Positions 14,101-23,352 of a stretch of 64,000 bases of DNA are shown here, in pieces. The translations under genes were made by a program, and so were the position numbers. Position 1 is the stretch's first letter. Every line of letters starts with the position of its first letter. Under the pieces are notes generated by a model. That model worked only from the letters and a program-made list of their open reading frames with translations. It was not told where the DNA came from and did not search any database. Origin of the DNA: Antedon mediterranea (lineage: Eukaryota > Animalia > Echinodermata); assembly GCF_964355755.1 (NCBI RefSeq), contig NC_092670.1, forward strand, positions 2,284,201 through 2,348,200, given 5' to 3'.

Positions 14101-15730
14101 TTCTTCTGTATTTTTAGCGTTATCATTTCTAATATACTGGACTACAAGATCTTCAGCCTTCTTTAATTCACATAATTTGGTAATCTCCAATAAAAGACTA
14201 ACATTATTAGGTGTAATTTTACCAGTGGCATGTAATTCATTAAAAAAATCATTTCCTATGACATTCAGTTTTGTGAGGTCTTCTATATGTAGATGCTCGA
14301 ATAAGCAGAATTTTAACCATAGCAACCGGTCACCGTCGAAGTGTCTACCAAGATCAAACTTCAAATTGGTGAACTTTTGATTAGTTTCAAACTTCAAACA
14401 TCCGGGGGGTAACTGTCTAGGGGGTAGGTGTCCTAGAAGAAATTTTTGTAATGTAGTTTCTCAATATGTGTTGGGTATTCATTTCCCCATACAATTAGTT
14501 AATAGACAAGTTTAAAGTTATACCTGTTAAAAATGTCTGACATGATTGTTTAGAATTGTATAAGTAGTCAACAAGATCCCATGAATAAATACTAGGTTAA
14601 TATTTGTTTTTTACCTTCTGGTCGACGTTTGGAAGCAAATGCTACGCATTTGTCATCGTCACTCTCAATATTTCCTTAAAAAATAAAAAAAAACCTTGAT
14701 AATATTTTTGAATGTTTACACAATTGACAAATAATTAATTGAGATGGTTTGAAAATTAAAATTAAATAATAATAGTTTTCTATGATGTACAATTTGTCGA
14801 AGAAGATCGTAAAATACATCTTTTTTTCTTATAAACGTTGGAATAGATATTTGGTAAATAAAATCAAAATGTTTTAACATTCATATAAATATCGGTTCAC
14901 ATTTACCTTCTGGTCGTCTGTTAGATCCTGATGATTTACTATCGTCATATTCATCTTTCCTACGTTCTAGAAAATGTTTTAAATGTTTAAAAACAAATTA
15001 TAATATAAATACATACGGGTAAAACTGCTTTTAAAATACTACATTATAAATATTATGTTATAATATATTTATTTTCAAAATTAATGTAACAAACTGTTAG
15101 TTGTGATGGTTTGAAGATTATAATTTATAAAGTAATAATAAAAAAATTAAATATCACATGTTTTATACCTTTGTGACTTCCGCTGCGTTGTGGTACATTA
15201 TCATGATGTACAATTTGTCGAAGAAGATCAGAAAATACATCTTTCTTGTCTGGTTCTTTCGATAAAAGTTGTCCAGTTTCCAATCTGAATGTTACATCCC
15301 AAATGTTGGTGTAGTTATACCTTGCCAGATCATAGTGAGCAATAACCCTCTTTAACGCATCTGGATCAACATTTCGCAGCTTTTTAAACATAAATTTTCG
15401 ACGGGGTGATATCTTTTCTTCTGTTTTTTCAGCGTTATTATCTCTAATATACTGGACTACAAGATCTTCAGCCTTCTTTAATTCACATAATTTGGTAATC
15501 TCCAATAAAAGACTAACATTATTAGGTGTAATTTTACCAGTGGCATGTAATTCATTAAAAAAATCATTTCCTATGACATTCAGTTTTGTGAGGTCTTCTA
15601 TATGTAAATGCTCGAATAAGCAGAATTTTAACCATAGCAACCGGTCACCGTTAAAGTGTCTACCAAGATCAAACTTCAAATTGGTGAACTTTTGATTAGT
15701 TTCAAACTCTGCCATTTAAGCCTTTTCTGT
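1919..15730 (-). CDS. Roco gene A, 5' part: tandem DED-like domains, linker micro-exons and ROC GTPase N-terminus; continues off the left edge
   Basis: Phase-consistent GT-AG exon chain: 15730-15169 (ATG 15715), 60-bp micro-exons, 10354-10192, 3375-3278, 2122-1919. The last three exons are clear paralogs of gene B exons. Confidence 0.8.
3278..3375 (-). CDS. Roco A switch I (G2) exon
   Basis: FNPKHDITDAIATTVCTQDD...; TTATAG acceptor, GTAAGT donor; paralog of 63220-63323. Confidence 0.8.
3565..3987 (-). repeat. 3' LTR (423 bp)
   Basis: Matches 9320-9735 by eye except for 7 extra bases GGCCCTA at 3931-3937; adjacent polypurine tract. Confidence 0.95.
4058..8911 (-). CDS. Gypsy Gag-Pol polyprotein (Gag with 2 CCHC knuckles, protease, RT, RNase H, integrase)
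   Basis: Single uninterrupted frame: CFNCGQFGHNRDNC and CWECKKVGHFAAKC, LDTGA, YLDD, VDSS...ELLG...TDNNPL, HHCC plus D..D..E integrase. Order PR-RT-RH-IN. First ATG at 8911. Confidence 0.95.
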   Translation of the reverse strand: MAKAEKPDTETTGINSMIAALTDVLRGVGVQKVPPPIKLAKFRGRPKSPGDVTLREWLEDFETYCTHYNLGGDVKYDALVSHLGGSAKDEVHYQMSILGKGKNVKKAIQVLQTTFSPDESVSALNTLFYSRNQLDYESVAEYSLELMKIYSRLLEASFPNEQNALKHLQDSTLKQRLVEGVRDPLVRREMRRIELAPRGKSFMEMREEVLELFKGETSRGYRPKVQGVDFPTNSYSNQSENCEIKKELKVLKQQLDQLQQSLCKFSQNTTNNSFNRSGPRRCFNCGQFGHNRDNCEMPPGLCWECKKVGHFAAKCPSRVRKSKPEPSTDNHNLGSVQIPVVSVEDKIIPPNDLREPSESSLLSRLVAQSPCAVIKFGSVELGSVLDTGAEASIIPSSIYHRILKSELGGLHSADKLFTNVIGVCGVEVPIEGYVEVPIEILGHNLLGSFLIVSDSACNNNVSYPILTGCNILRYIQDDPRILETLGKVVGAKTASPCTGRAEVVLRVNNEQSQIFVSLKHFNTAVPVACDKLHEVNVCSSVLPPDNVCSNGSELVDGNYPFHKRSIVAESELVCPPGLLLKGLPRDKERKVLLLLNNYKHVFSTGPYDVGKCDVIPHSISLISNNVPIRLPYRRVHPNNIKEVKAMLQEMLNQGIIRPSKSDYASPIVLVQKKDNSLRLCIDYRKLNGRTMKDSFPLPRIDEVLDVLTGSRWFSTLDLAHGFFQIIMADDSIGKTAFRVPWGLYEFLRMPQGLTNSPSTFQRVMEYVLGDLNLSEVVLYLDDILIFSATFDEHLNRLDKVFSRLARYGLKVKGRKCDLFREEVAYLGHVISSKGVSVDVGKTDKVVSWPVPKNVTEVKSFLGLASYYRRFVPNFAKIASPLHNITHMAASRAGNGRAGVGKDKISTFHWGLPQQIAFESLKKSLVTPPVLAYPIFDREFIIEVDSSGNGIGACLSQRDDNQILHPIAYASRGLRGSEKSYAGLSSFKLELLGLKWAVVDKFGSYIQSTKAIVYTDNNPLAYLQTAKLGATELRWVAQLAMFNIEIKYKPGSNNKCADALSRYPFEEESVNKEALAAVACCLLVHVRTAIVDIQNSDNSVSMAKSLLETKSIPSVLPSYTFQQLTDMQQKDDELGEVWKLWKAGWCREKDGRPEAECVSGWLREWSNYVEFNGVLYRQVKDPIVISFRQLLVPRNLRSTLIELCHDKWAHQGVYRTLSLLRRRCYWPGMNNEVRLYISRCGRCVRSKLPSPTVKPPLRHLLAFRPQEILALDFLKLDRGKGCYEDVLVMTDVFCKFSLAVPCKNQTAITVANVLRDSWFVHYGVPDRLHSDQGKSFENNVIREICKLYGISKSRTTSYYPSGNGQCERFNKSLCGLLRSLDPKERRRWPELINHIVYIYNSTPHCVTGVAPYLLMFCREPSIPIDSLIGNLDNDWSEEYLQKETKLMKRAYEITLSRLKAAAIREEKRHVVKMPVECLKIGDCVLLRRESFNSRHKLVDKFHDFSYIIESINSTDDVFGIRPVRGGELKYVNRRKLVLDPSNGEDTLYPVGHSLVDDSLGLPFQSEVLSDSDDSDDLEDIRFHCGITQSVRSPPRRSTRSTKGINSNPHRLPISVLNK
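9299..9315 (-). promoter_or_regulatory. Primer-binding site, tRNA-Ser-like
   Basis: TGGCGCTGCGAGCAGGG just inside the 5' LTR, complementary to a ...CCTGCTCGCAGCGCCA tRNA 3' end. The Ser assignment is from memory of eukaryotic tRNA-Ser ends. Confidence 0.75.
9320..9735 (-). repeat. 5' LTR (416 bp)
   Basis: Direct repeat of 3565-3987; followed on the minus strand by the PBS. Confidence 0.95.
10192..10354 (-). CDS. Roco A ROC P-loop exon
   Basis: Translates DLTPVEIQARGPEAIRAYNEALEEGETEVKQGRVIFVGLEGVGKTSTINALLRKG: a GxxxxGKT Walker A preceded by the Roco-type P.EI..RG...Y...L..G lead-in. Canonical splice sites. Confidence 0.9.
14615..14674 (-). CDS. 60-bp phase 1-1 micro-exon b (GNIESDDDKCVAFASKRRPE); copies also at 13300-13359, 11985-12044, 10670-10729
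   Basis: TTTTTTAAG acceptor, AAG|GTAAAA donor, open frame. Shares the CGACCAGAAG end with micro-exon a. Confidence 0.7.
14907..14966 (-). CDS. 60-bp phase 1-1 micro-exon a (ERRKDEYDDSKSSGSNRRPE); copies also at 13592-13651, 12277-12336, 10962-11021
   Basis: TTTTCTAG acceptor, AAG|GTAAAT donor, open frame in phase with the flanking exons. Confidence 0.7.
15169..15715 (-). CDS. Roco A first coding exon, two DED-like death-fold modules
   Basis: Acceptor TTTTTCAG upstream of 15730, ATG at 15715, donor AG|GTATAA at 15168. Protein pattern F..L..DL...RL.WLKFCL...DFFNEL...GKITPNNVSLLLEI, then ISPRRKFMF...WDVTFRLE, resembles caspase-8/cFLIP-type tandem DEDs. Recognised by eye. Confidence 0.7.
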
Positions 15731-16659
15731 CTGAAAAACCAAATTATCAAGAATGAGTTCAGAACATTTCCATAAATAATTGCATTGGCAATCACATATC
15801 CTCATCATTTAGTTTGAAATTAATTACTTAGAGATAAAACCAAAATTAACAATAATTTGTAGATATTTATATTGAATTGTTAGCCAATGATTGGTGACAA
15901 TAATAATCAGTCTATATTATAACGATCAGTATACTATTATTAATAATTATATCATAACATTTAAAATTACTTCACAAACAATGAATGTAATACAAACAGA
16001 AATAAAAAAACAAAGATGTGGACTATAAATAATTAGTGGCATATCTTGGTAATAATAGAGCAGTTATAATAATGTTTAACAAAATTGTTTGTTGTTCCAA
16101 AATGTTGACCAAGAAACTAGACCAGTCATGGTATAACGAAGCGGTGATAATATAATTGTACAAAAATAAAATTGTATTTGTATTATAATTTGTTTTCTTT
16201 CATCCTTTTTGTATTTAAAGAAATTTGTCAAATTGAGTTTTCTTTGATGATTGGGGGTTCGCGTTTGGGTGAGGGTGGGTTAGGCTCTTAGGGGTCCATG
16301 GCGGTTCTCTCTATCTGCTCCCCAACATCCCAACAATGTTTTGTTTTTGTAAAAAAAACAAAGCCTCCGTTTACCAATCTAGCAAAATAATAAGTGGCCT
16401 AACTTAGTAATTTGTACAAACGAATTACAGTAAGTGTACTTATTTTAGGGTTTCGTACTGGATAGACCATTCAGTATACCAGCACTTTTAAACTTTTTTT
16501 AATACGTTATTGTTATTATAACAAAGCAGAGGATTGTATTTCGCTAAGAAAATTGCAGATTTTACGAATACAACATTACGTTTTTGTATTATACTGTACC
16601 ATGCTGCTATACATTTGATTAAGAGCAATTGTCGAAATTATTATTAAAAAAAAATTGCC

Positions 16660-17260
16660 TATGGTACAAATATAAAGTAAATATTGTTAAAAAATGTAAT
16701 CAACGGCTGTACCTTCTCAGAAAGCTGAACTCTTTCAGAGTGAATAATGATGTACCTTTTATGTTTCACCAGAGTGTTATTCTTAGTGTTGTAACTTTCA
16801 ACTGTGTTGTTTGGTACAATAGTCCGAGTGCTAATGATAAAAAGAAACTTGACCGTACTATGAAAACTGCTAGTAAAATAATAGGAAGGAATGTCAATGT
16901 TATTGACGCAGTTTACAGGCGCGATGTTATTAGCCAAGTTAAGAAAATAATGAAAGATAACTCACACCCATTGAATGATTAATATGTTGTTAATAAATCA
17001 GGTAGAATTCGTCCTTTAATGTGCAATACCACTCGATGTAGGAAATCATTTGTCCACAACTCTATTCATGTTTCCAACACAACATTCCAAAGCTAGTTTG
17101 TTTACTTGTTTACTAACCTGTATATAGTTTTAATGTATTGTATTGATAATTTTAATGTTTTATATATTGTATGTGTTTTTAAGCATCAAGGAAAACCAAT
17201 TTCATGTTCGCCTTGTTGTGTTCATGACAATAAAGATTTATCTTATCTTATCTTATCTTA
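16660..17260 (+). mobile_element. 5'-truncated Rex1/Babar-like LINE remnant
   Basis: KKCNQRLYLLRKL...SVILSVVTF...VWY...KTASKIIG...DNSHPL post-RT region with an in-frame stop; AATAAA then (TCTTA)n tail at about 17240-17260. Confidence 0.75.
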
Positions 17261-17539
17261 AATAATTCATCATCATTGCGTCATCATCGTCATTGCGCCA
17301 TCAAATTCAGAATCTATTTTATGAAGCAGCCTGATCCAAGACAATCTACAAAAGTTGCTTTGGTAATCTATGCAGTCATGAATATACCAAATCGGGAAAA
17401 TTAACTACTCTGCTAACGTAAAAGATTACAAAGTCTTTTGGTTTTAGTATAAGCATCTAATTTTTGCACAACTTTACATTTATAAACGTTTTTTTCCAGG
17501 ATTTCCAAAGTTCACTTTTAGTCATCGCAGTACACAATA

Positions 17540-19135
17540 TTTAGGTGATCATTTAGAATAAAATGATCACCTATTGTTATTGTATGAAATCTTATTATTT
17601 GTTACTTTCTGTACAGATTTTGTGTGTCAATTATCTCAAAAAGTTGAATGGCAATGATCACAAGAATTTCACAATGTCTTTCTAATACTTTAACTTAGTC
17701 CTAAAAAGCTTTTCAGCGCGATCACTCATCCGTGACGTCATTTATACGCCATTTTGTGAAATCGCATTATCAATCATATCTCTATAATTCATTATCACAT
17801 ATTAATGAAATTCCCTACACGTAAACTTCAGGTCAAGGGTAAAAATATTAGTAAATAAAAACGCACGCGTACATAGGTTCATGTGCGTAAAATCGCGCGT
17901 TAAAAGTTAAAAATGTGAAAAATAAATTTCTAATCAATTTTCTACGCATTTCATGTCATTTTAAGCATGTCAAAAATTCCCACGCGCGCGCACATTTTTT
18001 CGCGAGCGGCACGCATGTAGCGTTAAAAACATATTTTTTTCACTTGATTTATGTTTTTTCAGCCCTTTTCTCGTAATTTTACCAACTTTTAAACAATTTC
18101 GACTTTAAATCACGTCATGCGAGCACGTCGAATTTGAGAATTTGCGCGTGTTTTTGATGAAAAAGTTAAAAAATTCGTCAAAATTATGCCTTTTTTTAAA
18201 CAGTCATATTTTCTAAACTAAACGGTGAAAGTTATTTTTATTACATATTCTGGAAGATGATGAGTTTTAGATATCGGATTATGCATCAATATGGCTAACC
18301 GGACATTGTGACGTCATTGTATGGCCACTCGAATATAAAATATTGGATTTTTGTTTCTTTCGTCATAGCTTATCACATTTAATAGAGCGCATATCCACTT
18401 ATGCGTTTTCCATTTTGCACCTGATTTTGATATTGTCTAGGTCAATCAATTATCTTTCGAATGATTTAACATTTTAAAATTTTTTATGACGTCATCATGT
18501 TCAAAAGCGTGAATTCCTTGGGTCATTTATTTTCATCATACAGTAAATTTCAATATGTTATAGCTCCTCAGAATAAGAAGAGATAATCATGATTAAAACG
18601 TTTTCTGGAAGCTGTTGAATTGTAGATACGAATTCATGTAAAAATGTTGCGATACGGATGTTGTGACGTCATCGTATGGCCAGTTGAATTATAAAAGTCG
18701 TATTTTCATATTTTGCGTCATAGTTCATGACATTTAAAAGAGCGCACATCCATATTATGCGTATCCCAATTTCTTCAACACATTAATAAGTTGTTGCTCA
18801 AATAATTTCCTTCCAAAATTGTTATCTACGTATTTCATTTTGATGACATCATCATTTTAAAATTTGGAATAAAGGAGGGTCCCGTTATTTTCACCTATTC
18901 TGCACTGTATTTAGTATGTATGCTACACTGTATATAGATATACAGTATATACTGTACATATTGTATATGACATATAATAGGCACAATTCAGCATTATAAG
19001 CGTATAATAGGATGGCATACATCAACATTTTCCGATCGTATGTTAACGTACGTGCATGTTTTAAAAAAAATTAATTTCAGTAAAATGATAAAAATGATCA
19101 CCTATAATTCGTCAAAGTGACGAATTAAATTCTAG
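17540..19135 (+). mobile_element. Non-autonomous Helentron/HINE-type rolling-circle element
   Basis: 5' hairpin AGGTGATCATTT...AAATGATCACCT. The same sub-TIR recurs near the 3' end, followed by the hairpin AATTCGTCA..TGACGAATT and a CTAG end in a T-run. Internal diverged duplication of about 360 bp. Confidence 0.7.
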
Positions 19136-19187
19136 TTTTTACATTGTTATTTATAGGCCTAATTTGAGTTTCATAACATGTTATTGT

Positions 19188-19310
19188 TAGGGTCGAGTTG
19201 ATCGATTAGTTTGTGGCCGAGTTGACGCAGGGCTGAGCTAACTTGGGCCGAATTGACATGGGGCTGAGTTGGAGCAAGGCCAAGTCGAGATAGTTCAGTG
19301 CCGACTTGGA
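19188..19310. repeat. Short degenerate ~20-bp repeat (GGCCGAGTTGAC-like), MITE subterminal remnant
   Basis: Five to six degenerate copies visible. Confidence 0.45.
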
Positions 19311-21342
19311 TTGAATTCATTTATAGTATTAATGCATTTATACAGATCATTTAGTGATTGTAATCACAATAATTTAATATCATGCACTTAGCGTAATTAA
19401 CAAAATTATATATTAAATTTAAAAAAATAAGCAAAAAACGAACTCCTTCCTTGTTTCCCTAGACATTAATGGCTTAAGCTGGGGGAGCTCCTACATTCAG
19501 GAAAAAAATCTTTAATGTTCAACATATTTTCTTGAAACTTATACAGTATGTTGATATTAATGAAACTTGAAAAAAAATATGACACAAAACTAATTATATT
19601 GATGACGTCATACAAAATGGCCGCCATTGAATTTTAATAGGTAATCAGTATTTTCAAAACAACTCTGTCACTAGTTAGTAGAATCATATACAACTTTCTA
19701 TGCATGGTCTATGCACTTAGATGAACAAGTTGGACAAATATTGTTGCATTTGGTTATATACATGTATAGTTTTTATTCATTTATTTATTACAGTAAATCC
19801 CGAATTGGTTTTCCATGAATTGCAGTTAATATATAATTTGGTATGAGTAAAGCTTGCACACCAATACTTTTTCACTTTGTTGCTATACATGATACCTACT
19901 GTACATTCTGGCAAAATTTCAGTTCAAATGGATTACAAATAAAAAAGTTGTTTCGATAATAGAGTAAGAAAATTGTGGAAATTGACATTTTGAGAAAATC
20001 GCGTTTAAAAATGATAGTATAGTATTATTATAACTAATAAGCCAAAAACTGCAATCATATCATATAAAAGAACTGTTTATGTTATTGTAATACATTAGTA
20101 TTTAAATAATAAATTATTTAATATCTTCCGGCTTCAAATTCTGGTTCTACCTGGTCCCTATCAGCTGTCTTCTCCGCAAAAAGATGTTATACAACAGCGA
20201 CCAGATGCATTTTCGAGTTCGAGATGGGTCTTTTTTGACACCATATTCTTTCTCCACCTGTCAAGTTACTTTAATTAACCGGTGTCCATACTTCAATTCC
20301 TTTTTTTTTCTCTCGCAAGTGCCAAACAAAGTTGGGAAAATCATAGAAATATGTAAAAACAAAGATATGACATATAGCCTAGGCTAGGCCTAAATATTTA
20401 GGGCCTACTACACACAAAAAGTTCTTTAATAAAATTAAAATCAAATAACAAATAAATTTAAAAATTATATTTATTCTATGCTTAACTTAGAAATAGGCCT
20501 AGGCCCCTAGGCCTATTTCATCAATTAAATTACATGAAAAATATTGGAAATTAGATATTTTATGCAGAGCAATATTCTAGGCCTAGGCCCAGCAATTAGA
20601 GTAATCCACACAGGGCTTCAAGCACATGTAAATGGGTACATGTGTGGGTTTGCATGTACCCGATAGGTAGTATGAATGATAGGCCTAGCCTAGGTTTAAA
20701 TCGTCTTGTTTTTTAGGCCTACTAGCCTTCACTGATTACTACATACTATTAGTTATATTGTATATGTATTTCATACAACTTACCAAATAAAAGATTCTTT
20801 CATATTTAGTCTGTATTTAGCAGTAAAAAAAATGCAGTGAAAGTTTGATTTGTCACGATGTCAACAAATCAAGTTATACACAATGGTTGCTTCTTGTGAG
20901 AAACAAAGCTTCCTAACGGCTTTCTAAGGGGTGTCACGAAACCTCAGACCACGAAAGCTCAGACCCCCTAAGACCTAAGATCACGAAAGCTAAGACCCAA
21001 CACCTAAGATTACAAAATATTTATCTTTCGCACCTGCCTTGTATTTTAACTCCTAACATTTATTCTGAATACCACACCTTAGAATTGGCACTTTCATGAA
21101 AAAGAATCACATAAAAAGTAACAAATACATTTTTAAATTGATGATTTTACAAGCGCCGTGAAGTTGGTTACTTATTCCTTATTCGACATTCGTCAATGGA
21201 AGTTGGTTCCTTATTCGACGTTCGACATTCGCTAGGCTAGGCCAAAATTTCGAAAATGATAATTTCCCAGCGGTAAATATGCCGTGCGCCACCAACCAAT
21301 CTCCTGCTGTTACTTATTCCCTATTCGACATTCACTCGTGAA

Positions 21343-23226
21343 GGGTAGTAACAAAGTGCGAGGCAGCGAGGCACGCGAGGCAGGGAAGGCATGCGAGGCA
21401 AGTCAGAAATTTATGCGAGGCATCGTTTTACCATCATCAAAAAATGCGAGGCATCATTTTATCATTTCTCAAAATTGCAAGGCAGGAAATCACCGAAATT
21501 GAAGTAGCCTAGGCCTAGGCCCGCTAGGCTAGTTTCCTTTTGCACCTGCCTTGTATTTTAACCAACTTTATCCTGAATACCACAGCTTAGAATTAGTAGG
21601 CCTATTTTAATGAAGAAAAATCACATAAAAGTAACAATAAATCCATTAAATTGGTGATTTTACAGACGTTGTTTTTCTCGCATTTCGCACACTCAATGTT
21701 CAATATTTTGGTTTCTATGGAACGCCAAAAGAGCAAAATTAATTAGAGGGCTAAAAACTCTGTAGAATCCATTTATATTTAACGCATTATTTGGTGAAAA
21801 TCAAGTACAATTTCAATAGATTTTGTCACTGTCAGTAAGGAAAAATGTTACTGTTGATAATGTACATGGTTTCGTTAACCTTTTAAAGAATAAAATAGAA
21901 AAATTCATCATAATATCCTTAGTAGGATGTCCTAGGTCTAGACTAGGTAGTGATGTTGATTTAGGATCGATTATTATTCTTTGAAAACAGAACAGTATCA
22001 GCAGTAACATATTACAACATTTTTATTGACAAATTAACAAATATATTGAAATAAAACGTGTTTTTCACCAATAAATGCATGAGAAATTGACGCATTCCAC
22101 TGAGTTTTAGTCCTCTATTATCGTTGCTCTTTTGGCGCTCCATAGAAACAAAAAATATTGAACATTGAACAAGTGAAATTCGCGAACAGTGTGCGAGAAA
22201 CACGCCTGTAAAATCATTAATTTAAGGATTTATTTGTTACTTTTTATGTGATTCTTTCATTAAAGTACTCATGAGGTATACTTCTAAGGTGTGGTATTCA
22301 CACGATAAAGTTAGTTATGATTATCAAATTTGGAGTAAAAATACAAGCGAAGGAAACTATAGCGCCAGGTTTATTAGTACGTACATGGACAACAATAAAT
22401 AAAAATCGTTCGTAATATACCTAGCTTACTAAAACAGGAATAGTGTATCATTATTAAATATTACACCAATTATTATTTTATCAAAATTGATTAAATTATT
22501 TTCTACATAGGCCTCTTATCTAGGTTAGGGCTAAGCATATTAGCTAAAGTTTAATTTTAGGCCTAGTATTACAAGTCTTTTTTCACACGCGCTCCAGAAT
22601 TCTGTCGCAATTTTTTTCTTTGCGGCATGTTATTGGATCGGCATATCATCAGTTACCTTTTATTCACCGCCAGTTATTGAACTTGTCCTGGCAATCACTG
22701 TTCACCTTATTTGCGAGAGAGGTACACGTGTTGTTCCTAGAGAATGGAATGTCAAAAATGTCTTTGGCACGCCGCTCAGAGAGAAGTCTGTGCGTTGCTG
22801 CTGAAACCACGTGCTATAGGAGGGGAATGCACCACAATCCTCTGAGCTGAGGGCTGAATCATTCCGCTACCTGCTAAATAGTAAAGAGGGATTTTCCATC
22901 TCTCGGGTCTACCGGATCTAGGCGCAGGGGTGTGACAAAATATTATTTTCACTCTGCTATGTTCGAGAGACATGTGAGTAAAATAAAATAAACAACATGA
23001 TGAGTGTATACACGAATCTATTTAGATACGCTTGTATCGATTGATTATTAGGCCTATAATATAGCATAATAGCACGTTAAGATATGCCTCGCACCTTTTT
23101 GAAATTGTAAACTATATGCCTCGCATGCCTCGCACTTTTGGAAATGATAAAATGATGCCTCGCACAAATATTTGGCATGCCTCGCTTGCCTCGCGTGCCT
23201 CGCTGCCTCGCACTTTGTCAACACTC
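21343..23226. mobile_element. E3: TIR element with GCGAGGCA subterminal repeats inserted in the left arm of E2, 9-bp TSD
   Basis: Imperfect TIR ...ACAAAGTGCGAGGCAGCGAGGCAC. TSD ACTCGTGAA/ATTCGTGAA. The right arm of E2 (about 28745) shows the empty site. Confidence 0.85.
21535..22360. mobile_element. X2: second copy of the X MITE family, inside E3
   Basis: Imperfect inverted arms of about 250 bp (21535-21790 vs 22080-22360), homologous to X1. Confidence 0.6.
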
Positions 23227-23352
23227 ATTCGTGAAGTTGGTTCCTTATTCGACGTTCGCTAGGCCGCGGCCGACCGGCTGGCCCAAATTCGTACCAAAGT
23301 AGACCTAGTGTAGATGTACCTATTTTATCACAGATTTACATTTTTTAGTTCC

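Larger units (their letters stand above)
10451..15708. repeat. Tandem array, 4 x 1315 bp, each unit with most of the DED exon plus two micro-exons
   Basis: Unit starts (aaacatccgggggg) at 10451, 11766, 13081 and 14396; near-identical units. Confidence 0.97.

Noticed and set aside
11180-14397. Three 195-aa ORFs 'MKFETNQ...' as independent genes
   Set aside because: They start at a TTG created by the duplication junction and read through a splice donor. They are decapitated exon copies.
19474-20010. TTAA-starting Kolobok/piggyBac-like element
   Set aside because: No matching opposite terminus or TSD found.
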